A DNA stretch of 64,000 bases from Pecten maximus (Eukaryota): NCBI RefSeq assembly GCF_902652985.1, contig NC_047027.1:25296001-25360000 (forward strand). The letters run 5' to 3'. Shown here one piece after another: positions 51,201-62,426 of the stretch (the stretch's first letter is position 1; the number at the start of each line of letters is the position of its first letter). The notes beneath the pieces were generated by a model. The model made no database searches. It was not told where the DNA came from and was given only the letters and a program-made list of their open reading frames with translations. A program made the position numbers and the translations under genes.

Positions 51201-54200
51201 TGACTGTAGATCTAAAATCTACTGGAATCTTACCAGATAACAGATTTGTTATCGAAAACAATGGAACGCTGGTCTGGGTTGACGATGAATACTGAGTGAT
51301 CCTGTCAAGCAACACATTTGTTCATAGTAGAACAGCTATAACCTCAAATGTCACTTTTAATATGATATAATATTAAAAAATCCTGGTCCTGACGGGAAAA
51401 TGTAATACAGCTTACTTAGACTGCAGCTAAACGCCTTTGAGTCGAACGAGTAAGCGGCGTGAAGTCCCCGGTGTTATTCCATCCGGAACTCCTCGGGGAA
51501 TCATTTCAGTGACAATACCCTATGAGTTCAGGATGGCGTTATTCTATAGTTGTCCTTTATATATGCGGACAAGCCGACCAAACTAGTTGTGTCAATAGTA
51601 TATTACGAATAAATTTCATACATCAATCTTAACGGACCTGTTTATGTTTTTGCAGGCTTTGAAAGACATCATCAAGATGATTCGTCCTAAACAAATATAA
51701 AACCGGCTGATCCATAATTATTTTAATGTTAACAACTTTATATGCCTACCCGGTCTATCTGTTCAACCGCTAAACGGAATGGAAACGCCCGGTCTTACGT
51801 CATCAAAACATGCAGCCTATTTATAGGAAAATACCCCTGTCGAGTGGAAAAATACTGAGAAGGTCGAAAAAATAGGCCATTTTCAAAACAATCTTGTGAC
51901 CGTTCTGTTAAAGATATCGAAAAACTAAACAGATAGTTTTCTTCAGGAAACATTTATCTATTTACATGTGCATCATATATGTTTCTGGATTTTTTTTCGG
52001 AATTTTGAGGGCGATTTAAACAGAACCTCTTAGTCAAAATGACGATTTTGGCATGTTTGACCCAAAATATCTCATAAATACGAATTTCCACAGGGATACC
52101 AGATACATCCAGACCTAGATCGAGCCGAGTTTTACAATGGTTCAAAACCCCTTCAAAATTGTATATGCCATTTTTTCCACCCCCAAATCGCTACAATAGC
52201 CGGCAAAAATCGCGAATTAGCTCATACTATCATTACGTTCCGTAAGGAACGATAACGAGTTATCGCCCCTTACTACACTTCATTCTTTACTTTTCCCCCA
52301 GAAGACATGTTGCTAATTTTATTCTTTTTTTTTTCTCTATACATTTTTTAAGCTTAATGAGACAGTACTAAACGTGCATGCATTACATTTTTACATACGC
52401 CAGAATGGTTCTCTGTCATTAAACTACTCATTATTACATTTGATATCGGCCTATTTACTGAAGTTAAGATGACAGTTTCTGATTGCCTTTCTTTTCTCTT
52501 TCAGTAATCTGTGTATGTATGGAGCTATTACGCCTTTAATTTTTTCTTCGTTTTTTTTTTTTTTTTAAAGAGAATAGAGTATATTTGAGCTCATTATACC
52601 AATTTACTACTGAATGTAAACATGATATATTCAATGAGTACAACAAAATTTATATCTGACTTTATCTTACATGAACATTCTTGGTTGGTTTTACTGATAA
52701 TATCCACCACACTGCTGAGTGAGCTGTTCATTTCGTATAACGTCTGTTGCCCCTTTCGTGTTAGTAAGACGTAACGTTATGTTGGAATGTTATCACTGAG
52801 TACTGTTCTGTTGTTTCATGTCTATGACAACCGAATAAACATAAATGTCTGGGGCGGCCGGCCATTTGCTTGNNNNNNNNNNNNNNNNNNNNNNNNNNNN
52901 NNNNNNNNNNNNNNNNNNNNNNNNNNNNNNNNNNNNNNNNNNNNNNNNNNNNNNNNNNNNNNNNNNNNNNNNNNNNNNNNNNNNNNNNNNNNNNNNNNNN
53001 NNNNNNNNNNNNNNNNNNNNNNNNNNNNNNNNNNNNNNNNNNNNNNNNNNNNNNNNNNNNNNNNNNNNNNNNNNNNNNNNNNNNNNNNNNNNNNNNNNNN
53101 NNNNNNNNNNNNNNNNNNNNNNNNNNNNNNNNNNNNNNNNNNNNNNNNNNNNNNNNNNNNNNNNNNNNNNNNNNNNNNNNNNNNNNNNNNNNNNNNNNNN
53201 NNNNNNNNNNNNNNNNNNNNNNNNNNNNNNNNNNNNNNNNNNNNNNNNNNNNNNNNNNNNNNNNNNNNNNNNNNNNNNNNNNNNNNNNNNNNNNNNNNNN
53301 NNNNNNNNNNNNNNNNNNNNNNNNNNNNNNNNNNNNNNNNNNNNNNNNNNNNNNNNNNNNNNNNNNNNNNNNATTTGTAATATTATAAACTTACTTTTCT
53401 CATGAACTGTGAAACTTAGCGAGGCGCTTCCATGTGTGTTGGTTGCAGTGACGTTGTACAGCCCAAACCAGTTCTGTTGTATGCTGGTACGTGTCACTAT
53501 TGACACAGCGGTTAAATTTTTTGTCTCAAACGTGTTTTGTATCAATACGTTACTTTCCCCATTCTTAAGTTTGGTGAAAGTTGTCGATTCAGGTAGTTGA
53601 AAAGTCCACACAAAAGATGGTGATGGATTAGAGGTAAACATTGCTAAAATCGTAAGGTTTTCTGTTGTAGCTAGATCAATCGTTTGGATTTCATCCGGAA
53701 TCTGATACGGGAGTGGCTTACCTAATATGGGAAAAAATGGTGAAATTAAACGAATTATCTAAGTAAGGACAAATCAACCATACTGTTGTCCCATGTTTAT
53801 TGTACCAGAATGCTATTAATGTCCTTAATTGCAACAACATTATATCATTTAATGAAGATATTTCAATATTAAAACGAAAGCTTTTACAAAAATTGAAGAC
53901 ATATTTTCCATTTTTGTTTAACGTCCTATTAACAGCCAGGGTCATTTAAGGACGTGCCAGGTTTTGGAGGTGGAGGAAAGGCGGAGTACCCGGAGAAAAA
54001 CCACCGGCCAACGGTCAGTACCTGGCAACTGCCCCATGTAGGTTTCGAACTCGCAACCCAGTGGTGGAGGGCTAGTGTTAAAGTGTCGGTACACCTTAAC
54101 CACTCGGCCACCGCGGCCCCTCAGACAGTTGAAACTGGCCCTGACACAATGTCTACCAGACTAACGTGAACTTAACAGCATTATTCTGTGATACATTTTG

Positions 54201-57200
54201 AATATTTTCTTTAAACGAGCATGAAAACAAATGAAACTTTATTTGTGGTCAAAATCGATTATTTTTTTATAAAACTGAAATTGTGAAAGACTATGTTTCT
54301 GTCACTGTCAGTAATAACTGCTTCTATATTGTGCTGTATATTCATTTATTAACATCTTACAGTTAAACAAAAGTAAAAAATATGACTGCGACCTATATCA
54401 TGTATACAGTTAAATATATTTTTTACTGAAATTATGTGTTTGTATGCAAAAACATGTGCATGTAGCAGTGTACGGTAAAAATGCCAAATTCTGATAAATA
54501 TGGCACATGTTTTAGATATGTAAACATTGCCAGTTAACTCTACATATAACCTCTAATAAAGTATATATATTTGAAAACTGTACAACATTTGCAACATCAG
54601 TTTACTTATCCTTCAGAGCTCTATTAAAGTTTTCTGTGAGTTTTAGAGCTGTGAATACCATGGTAACAGCTTAAAAAATTCCCAAAAACTGCAAAATATT
54701 ATGATATTTGACCAAAATGGCGCAATTCTCTACACAATTTTTTTTTCTGAAACCTATTTAAAATCAAACATCGCTATCCCAAAGACAGAATTAATCTTGT
54801 TTGGACATATGCTGTAAATTAAGTTTTTCCGCTATTTTACCTTTCCTGTGGGCTTCCATTTTTCGCTGTAGGCATATCATAATACAGGAGTTATTTGCTT
54901 AACAATAAAATTGCCCATGGCCAGGCTGTCTTAATGTGATGTGCTACCTAATGACACAAACCGTACACAGCCTGTTTTTTCCGCGGATATTATTTAGTAA
55001 CTGATCTTTGTACTCACAAGTTACGCTGATGCGCAGCACATAAGTTTGCCTTTTCTTTTTACTCGTATTATGATTTTTTTTTTAATTTTTTTTTTTTAAT
55101 TTTTAGATTTTTCGAACATTTGTATCCTTCGATGAAGGTACATTTATATGTGAACTTCGCATCATACACGCAGGTTACTATATATCAATTAACATGTATG
55201 AATCGCCATTTGTATTGTATCACATTGCATATCATTGCTTTATTAATGATCCCCTACCACGATAGACTATACAACTACATACTTGCATAACAGACAACAT
55301 ATTGTATATGAACATTTAATGTATACCTGCCATGTTGAGTGTATAGTCATCACTGTCCACTTGTTTGTTACCATTAGGTAGGTAAAAGTTGGTACGTCTA
55401 CAGTACCACACAGATCCATGGTCTCCCGTCTGCTGTGGCTGTATGATCCACCGGAACGCTGTACCAAGCCTTACTCCAGACGTTACACAGGAACAGACAT
55501 CCGGTGTACAGGGGACGGCGGGGCTGACTTTAACGTTGTAACATTGGTCACCACCTATTTGTATACCACCTACTGGAGTAGTGACGTCACGACGGCGGTA
55601 AAACTGGACACTATTGGCCTCCTCTGGTACATCACACGTCAGTGTAAACTCAGTCCCAGGGACGGCGTACTCAGACGACCCGGTCAGGGTTACAGTATCT
55701 GAATATGAAATTGGATGACACGTTTAATGTGAATGTACCGCTTTTTCATTTAACGAAATGGTTAAGCATTGAGCTGTTACCAAATGGTAATATACAGTCG
55801 ACATGAATACAAGTCTGGTGACAGATTTATAGAATGTCGCAGGGTAACATAAATCATCAATCTGTCACCCAAATTATATCGACCGTATAATAACAACAGT
55901 TCAGTGCGTATGTATACATTCAAAAAGATTATTTTTTATTATTTATTTACTGTAGCATTAGACGTATTTAAATCTACCGCTTACCCTGTCACTGACGTCA
56001 TCAAGTTCAAATAGCGGAGCAAACGAAATTTTCAAAAGAAATGATATAGTCCCCCGTGTCGTTATCAGTAGCAATGACATACAATGGTTTTGGCATAGAT
56101 TTAGCTTTAAAACCGTTTTTCTGCGCAATGATATACGGTTATCATTTTGTAGTGATGCGGCATTGAATGGGTATAACTGGATAGACCCGATTCCTCAAAA
56201 ACACATATGTTTTTATCGTCTTGATATACGTTATTTCGGTAGAAAATCAGCTCTTACATTCTAAATGAAAGTCATCATGATAGAAGGTGAAAATGATTCC
56301 AAGGATATTTCGTTCGAAACATATTCCCATCTAATATAACCGGCCATATCAGTGTCGCTAATTAAGCCGACGATGATTTAATTTAACATTGGCTCGATTT
56401 CAGAGTAAGATAGGCCTTTGACATCAGTGCTAACAAAAACAAAAAGAGAATAGTAGGCCTATACATAAACAAACGGAAACCATGTTCATAATCCCGATTT
56501 TTTCACTATTTTATATAAATCCTGGACTGGTCTTTGGGCAGTGGCTCTCGCCTAATTGTTGTAGGGTGGTAGCTCTCGTCCTACGGCTCTAGGATTGTGA
56601 CTCTCGTCTTAAGGTTCTAGGGTGGTGGCAATCGCCTTATTGTCCTAGGGAGTGGCTCTCGCCTTATGGTACTATGGCGTTGCTTTTGCCTTACGATTCT
56701 AGGGTGTTGGCTCTCGCCTTACGGTTACAGGGCGGTAGTTCTCGCCCAACGACTCTAGGGCGGTGGCTCTCGTTTCACGGTGATGTGGCGGTGGCTCTGG
56801 CCATACGGTTCTAGGGCGTTGGCTCTCGTCCTACGGTTCTAGGGTGGTGGCTCCCGCCTTACGATTAGAGGGTGGTGGTTCTCGCCTTACGGTTCTAGGA
56901 CGGTGGTTTCTCGCCTTACGGTTCTAGGGTGGTGGCTCTCGCTTTACGATTATAGGGCGGTGGCTCTTGCCGTACGGTCCTAAGGCGGTGGCTCTCGTCC
57001 TACGGTTCTAGGGTGGTAGCTCTCGCTTAACGGAAATATGGCGGTGGCTCTCACTTTACGATTATTGGGCGGTGGCTCTCGTCCTACGGTCCTAGGGCGG
57101 TAGCTCTCTTCTAATGGTCCAAGGGTGGTGGCTCCCACCTTACGGTTCTAGGGCGGTGCCCCTCACCTTACGATTATATGGCGGTGGCTCTCGTCTTACG

Positions 57201-60200
57201 GTTCAAGGGTGGTGGCTTCGGTCTTGCGGCTTTAGGGTGTTGGCTCTCGTTTTATTGTCATGTGGCGGTGGCGCTGGCCTTACGGTTCTATGGCGGTGGC
57301 TCTCGTCCTACAGTTTTAGGTTGGTGGTTCTCGCTTTACGATTATAGGGCGGTGGCTCTCCCGTTACGGTCTTGTGGCGGTGGCACCCACCTAACGGTTC
57401 CTGGGCGGTGGCTCTTACCTAACGATTATAGGGCGGTGGCTCTCGTCTTACGGTCATATGGTGGTGGCTATCACCTTACGGTTCTTGGGTGGTGGCTGTC
57501 CTCTTACGATCTTTGGGCGGTGGCTCTCGCTTTAATGTTCTAGGGCGGTGGCTCTCGTCCTACGGCTCAAGGGTGGTGACCCTCATCTTACGGTCCTAGG
57601 GCGATGGCTCTCGACTTTCGGTTCTAGGGAGTAGCTATCGCCTTATGGTCCTATGGCGTGGCTTTTCCCTTACGATTCTAGGTTCTCGCCTTACGGTCCT
57701 GTGGCGGTGGGTCTCGTCTTACGGTCTATATAAACAGTCGGTGTAGTATGGTTGGCTCGCCAGCATACTTTGTACGCAGTGATTGGTTACCTGCTATTTC
57801 TAATGTCACCAAGTATAGAGGTAAAATGCAAAACAAATATATATATATTGCAATGCGAATGTAATTGATGAAATCAGAGAGATCCGAATATTTAAACATG
57901 ATTGTTAAACATTGCTCTGCTATTTCTTGCCCAGTTGCTGTTTTATTTGGTTATGGTTGGAATTCGATAAAATCAGAGAGACATGCGTATGAACAACAGG
58001 TTCATAATTGTCCGCTCGTAGACGCACTTAATACATAACTATATATTTCATAAACAATTTATCTCCATAGTTACTCGAGTTTCAGCATACCCATCTTTTT
58101 CAAATTTTCCTATTATTCTTTACTAATAAATTAACTGTTTGTCGCTCTTTGTTATAAATGGCTTATGGTGTGATATCCGTTATACAATTATAAACTTTGG
58201 AGTGCTAAAGTCATGAAACATTTATTATCATACTATTAGCCTAATCTGTTTTATAAAATATTTAATTTTAGTACAATTCATATGGACAGTAAAACATAAA
58301 ACACATTTCTGAAATGGCGAATATGTGTAAACATTCGTGTCAAAACGAGAAACATAACTTTGTCTTACCTAAATAAAACTTCATCTAATGTTGAGGCTTC
58401 AGTGTTTGATTGAGAAGTCTTAGATACAGTTAATACATTGATTCCATGAATTTACAACTATACTGTTGGTGGCGGTCAGTTAATCAATATGTTTGTTTGC
58501 TTGCTTGCTGAGTTTATCGTTCCATGAACAGTCAGTGTCATTTTGAGGCGGACTCTCCTTGTAGTAGTTGATGACTACCTCATTAAAAAAAAACACGGAC
58601 GTCCAGTCGTATGCCATACAGGATCCGTTAGGGATAAAGTGCCTTCCCAAGGGACCCGACTACGACAGCACAAACCGGTCCGTTTCTCAGCTTATCGATA
58701 GCGTAATGGTAACATTACTAATATCCTATGTATGGTGGCATTCTTAACGTCAGTCGTTACATACGCGACCAGCGATGTTTGCCTGAATTCAAACTAATAT
58801 TCCGGTTTACTTCGAAATGTTTCATATACATATTGATTTTAATATATCACGATTAACATTTAAAGTTAAGGTCAGGAAAATGCTATATTTTGATAATTTC
58901 TGGGTTCATCAAATCAGTGAAATATATTTACATCAACAATCCAACAAAATAGATGTACATGTTTTGTTATCTTATACCATAATAGAGGTTTAAATATCTC
59001 TCTCCAAATTATGTATTTTGTTTTTAGCTCTTGTATTCATGCTAACATATGGGCTGTAAGGCTTTTGGAATAGTATTCGAATAGCCCACTAAGTGACTCG
59101 CACACACTCTATGCTACGAGTTCGGTTATCAAGCCATTTTTTTATATTGGCCCTAATACGCTGCCGTATGTGTGTTATCTGAGAAATGGGATGATAGTGT
59201 TTGCTGTTCTGTAATCGTAGTCAGAAAGCGACACCTTTGAACTCATTTACGGGCCCACAATATGTAATGGCGATAACATATTGAGATTTGTGAGGGTTTC
59301 ACGTGACGTAAAATGTTATTATCCTCAGCAACACAAAACATATCATAACCTGACATAAATGAGTTGTTTAATTTATACAAAAATATATAGCACCCATTTA
59401 TATGAATTTAGTAATATATACAACTACACCATGCAGCGGTTTCATTCTGTTAGGGTTTGTAACTATTACAAGGTGTTATCTTTGAAAAAAAACAGAAAGA
59501 GAAGAACGGACGAATGACGGGCAAACGGCCGATCGGACGGTCGGACAGACAGACAGACAGACAAAGAGACACACAGGTAGCTTTGGTACTGTATATATAT
59601 ATTATAGGCGCTAGGTAAACAGCCAATTGAAACAATTACATTGCATTATCTTTTGCATATTGAAACAACAAATGAACAATATTATGATACATTTGAGGTT
59701 CACGTCAACATCTGTATATCTAAACTGTATTAAGGGTATCAGTCTAATGACGTCACTCGGCACGATTTAAATAGACTCACTAAATTTATAAAATAAAAAC
59801 TACATTTTTTGATATAATGACAGGGTTGATACGAGTAAGTGTACATTCTATACGTACCTGACGGTGATGAGAGTAAGTGTACATTCTATACGTACCTGAC
59901 GGTGATGAGAGTAAGTGTACATTCTATACGTACCTGACGATGATGAGAGTAAGTGTACATTCTATGCGTACCTGACGATGATGAGAGTAAGTGTACATTC
60001 TATGCGTACCTGACGGTGATGAGAGTAAGTGTACATTCTATGCGTACCTGACGATGATGAGAGTAAGTGTACATTCTATACGTACCTGACGATGATGAGA
60101 GTAAGTGTACATTCTATACGTACCTGACGATGATGAGAGTAAGTGTACATTCTATACTTACCTGACGGTGATGAGAGTAAGTGTACATTCTATACGTACC

Positions 60201-60890
60201 TGACGGTGATGAGAGTAAGTGTACATTCTATACGTACCTGACGGTGATGAGAGTAAGTGTACATTCTATACGTACCTGACGGTGATGAGAGTAAGTGTAC
60301 ATTCTATACTTACCTGACGGTGATGAGAGTAAGTGTACATTCTATACGTACCTGACGGTGATGAGAGTAAGTGTACATTCTATACGTACCTGACGGTGAT
60401 GAGAGTAAGGGTACATTGTATACTTACCTGACGGTGATGAGAGTAAGTGTACATTCTATACGTACCTGACGATGATGAGAGTAAGTGTACATTCTATACG
60501 TACCTGACGGTGATGAGAGTAAGGGTACATTCTATACGTACCTGACGGTGATGAGAGTAAGTGTACATTCTATACGTACCTGACGGTGATGAGAGTAAGG
60601 GTACATTCTATGCGTACCTGACGGTGATGAGAGTAAGTGTACATTCTATGCGTACCTGACGGTGATGAGAGTAAGTGTACATTCTATACTTACCTGACGG
60701 TAATGAGAGTAAGTGTACATTCTATACGTACCTGACGGTGATGAGAGTAAGGGTACATTATATACGTACCTGACGATGATGAGACTGCCAATAGTAGTAA
60801 GATGAACCAGTAGATTCTTATGTCACTTTTGGATACAGATACGTGTTGATTCTGTAGGTACATTTTGGACGTATATCTGTTTACGTTCAT
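33204..60890 (-). CDS. Multi-exon Ig-superfamily type I membrane receptor with ITAM/ITIM-rich tail (gene 1)
   Basis: Phase-compatible GT-AG exons: 60890-60770 (signal peptide), 55698-55327 (IgV-like, LTC..DHGSVWYC), 53721-53395 (Cys-less Ig), FN3? ~52872-52671 at the gap edge, 46968-46864 (TM), 43697-43682, 43368-43328, 7x cassette 42791-34770, 33943-33910, 33500-33442 (ITAM), 33316-33204 (putative last exon). AATAAA at 33026-33021. Confidence 0.8.
33442..33500 (-). CDS. Gene 1 canonical ITAM exon (QMYESLGTRSNAAVYDELE)
   Basis: TTCTAG|...|GTGCGT, phase 2-1, encoding YxxL-x8-YxxL. Confidence 0.8.
34355..34487 (+). mobile_element. Truncated V-type SINE
   Basis: CCAGGTACTGACCGTAGGCCGGTGGTTTTTCTC..TTTCCTCCACC matches 53911-54120. 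Confidence 0.75.
34700..43250 (-). repeat. Seven tandem ~1.15-1.35-kb units, each with a 25-nt and a 77-nt exon
   Basis: 77-nt exons at 42354-42278, 41012-40937 (76 nt), 39851-39775, 38508-38432, 37350-37274, 36004-35928 and 34846-34770. 25-nt exons at 42791-42767, 41646-41622, 40287-40263, 39142-39118, 37784-37760, 36641-36617 and 35284-35260. Confidence 0.9.
44050..46645 (+). repeat. 27-bp G-rich minisatellite (GAGGATGTAAGAACCACGTCTGTGGGG)n, intronic
   Basis: About 95 tandem units. It explains the EDVRTTSVG ORFs. Confidence 0.95.
46864..46968 (-). CDS. Gene 1 transmembrane exon
   Basis: TTTACAG|..VASIAFFITSSVLLVTAVSLVLCII|GTAAGT, followed by a basic CRRTLR micro-exon (43697-43682). Confidence 0.8.
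47805..47933 (+). mobile_element. 129-bp TGTA..TACA element with tRNA-like A/B boxes
   Basis: A box GGTAGCTCAGTGGTAGAG, B box GGTTCGAAGCCC, and flanks AGAG/GGAG. Confidence 0.55.
48965..49130 (-). mobile_element. CORE-type SINE remnant (related pieces at ~48740-48835 and ~58500-58690)
   Basis: TCTCCTTGTAGTAGTTG.TGACTACCT and CTTGCCCAA.GACACAAC (reverse of the CORE GTGTCCTTGGGCAAG). Confidence 0.55.
49171..49366 (-). mobile_element. tRNA-derived V-type SINE
   Basis: GGGGCCGCAGTGGCCGAGTGGTTAAGG head; paralog of 53911-54120. Confidence 0.85.
52873..53372. other. Assembly gap (500 N)
   Basis: Run of N. Confidence 1.
53395..53721 (-). CDS. Gene 1 second Ig-like exon (no canonical Cys pair)
   Basis: 327 nt open, phase 1-1: FTSNPSPSFVW...FGLYNVTATNTHG. 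Confidence 0.85.
53911..54120 (-). mobile_element. Full-length tRNA-derived V-type SINE
   Basis: A box TGGCCGAGTGG, B box GTTCGAAAC, V-domain-like GGTTTTTCTCCGGGTACTCCG.CTTTCCTCCAC, and tail GGACGTTAAACAAAAA. Confidence 0.9.
55327..55698 (-). CDS. Gene 1 IgV-like exon
   Basis: 372 nt open, phase 1-1: DTVTLTGSSEYAVPGTEFTLTCDV...GDHGSVWYCRRTN. Confidence 0.85.
56535..57725 (+). repeat. Diverged 28-bp minisatellite (AGGGCGGTGGCTCTCGYCYTACGGTTCT)n
   Basis: About 42 degenerate units. Confidence 0.92.
59833..60784 (-). repeat. 38-bp tandem repeat derived from the exon-1 donor site (~25 copies)
   Basis: Unit CTTACTCTCATCACCGTCAG|GTACGTATAGAATGTACA. Confidence 0.95.
60770..60890 (-). CDS. Gene 1 signal-peptide exon
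   Basis: M...IYWFILLLLAVSSSS then G|GTACGT, phase 1. Confidence 0.7.
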
Positions 60891-62426
60891 GTCGTAGGCA
60901 AACTTCCTGGTCGGTATACTACTAAATACAACTATAAATAGAATACCCTGTGTCGTAATGTAGGTCTGCTGTCAATCAAAAAAACCACATCACATAATAT
61001 CCCGTAAATACCAGTAGCCGGAACTATTACAGTGGATTTTTGGTGCGATGAGTAGAGATGTGATTCAAATATCACAACATATGTTATCTGTTAAGAATTA
61101 AGATTCAAATTTGACATACAAATCAAATGAATCACTCTTAAAATTTCCATTTCCTCTATTCATTATCGAAACTTTCTAGACAAAATAATTTCCCTACGAA
61201 AGGTTATCATGACAGCAGAAAAAAACGAAGAGAACAGAACAGATATAGAACAGAAAAAGGAAATAACAGAAAAGAAAAGTTCTAAAAGGTTTCAGCATAA
61301 GAAAAGAAAAAAAGTTTCGAGTAAAAAGTATACCACAACACCGTACAGCCGTTTAATCAAAGAGAAACTGCCAGGAGTGAATATTTGAACTAGTACATTC
61401 ACAAAACAAATAAACAGATTGCCGAGGTGATTTATACAAAACAAAAAAACAAAAAAAAACGTTATACCGCTGGAGTAATACAAGGAGATAACAGCTTGAA
61501 CGACGGCCATTTATTTACATTTGTATTTCAAGAAATACATGCATATATATATATATATATATAGAATGTCACATGGTAGAATACATAATATCACATGCCA
61601 TATCAGTTTGGGGACCCAGTATCAAACACAAGGCTTCGTCACACAAAAGGCTTCGTCACACAAAACGCTTCATTACACAAAAGGCTTCATTACACAAAAG
61701 GGTACGGGTTTATAATATGTCCATGTAGTTTAATGAATGCTGCGTCGGTTGTATTTTTACCCGAGATACATAACTCAGGCATCGCTAACTAATTTCATTT
61801 TGTATCACACAAAACAATTAAGAAGGCCAATAAGTATGTGAAGAATGCTAACAGGAAACATCAATTCACTTGCACACAAATGTTCGAAACAGCAATGGCA
61901 TTATTTTGCTTTCAGATCGGCTCAAACACTTTAGCTGAATTTCTACTATGCAGAAAAATACATTCTAAATCAACTAGATATTTAAAAAAAAAAAAACATG
62001 CTAAAATAGAGCTGACAGTGGTTAACTAGCTAGCTTTTTATAAGGGAAATTGCCGAATATATTAATAAAATCGATCATATACCGATGGTGCTTTAATCAT
62101 TAAGAGAGATGAACGATGAATTTATAATCAATTTAGTTGATGAGTTATGTGTTAACATTTCATTGTGCGAGGAGAACGTGATAGGGTATCTCGTGTCACG
62201 TTTATGATACTGATTGGTGATTTATATATTTGCTCTATATGACTTGATGCTAGGTACATATATTTATATGTATGTGTTTATGCATTTGAAAACGACAATG
62301 AAAGTAAAACAGTCAAGGTTTCATTTCACAAATATAACAACTGGACGATGTCTCCCTTGATCTCCTGTTTCCAACCAGACTTTGATGAAACATCGTCTCA
62401 CTGAGTTCCATAATGTTGTATAAACA

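Larger units (their letters stand above)
47152..52290 (-). mobile_element. Non-autonomous Helitron/Helentron-like element
   Basis: Minus-strand 3' end GTGACAC-N8-GTGTCAC hairpin plus CTAG|T at 47152. A ~31-bp inverted repeat AAAGAATGAAGTGTAGTRAGGGGCGATAACTC lies at ~47184-47215 and ~52257-52288, with internal degenerate repeats. Confidence 0.7.

Noticed and set aside
52787-53405. ORFs spanning X runs
   Set aside because: Artefacts of the N gap.
53716-53723. Recursive splice site AG|GTAAG at the start of the second Ig exon
   Set aside because: Explained by the Gly-Lys codons of an intact exon, and the intron is short. No further evidence.
54040-54120. tRNA gene
   Set aside because: It is the tRNA-like head of a multi-copy SINE and has no complete cloverleaf.
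55501-55530. Suspected frameshift in the IgV exon
   Set aside because: A recount shows the frame is open (KVSPAVPCTP).
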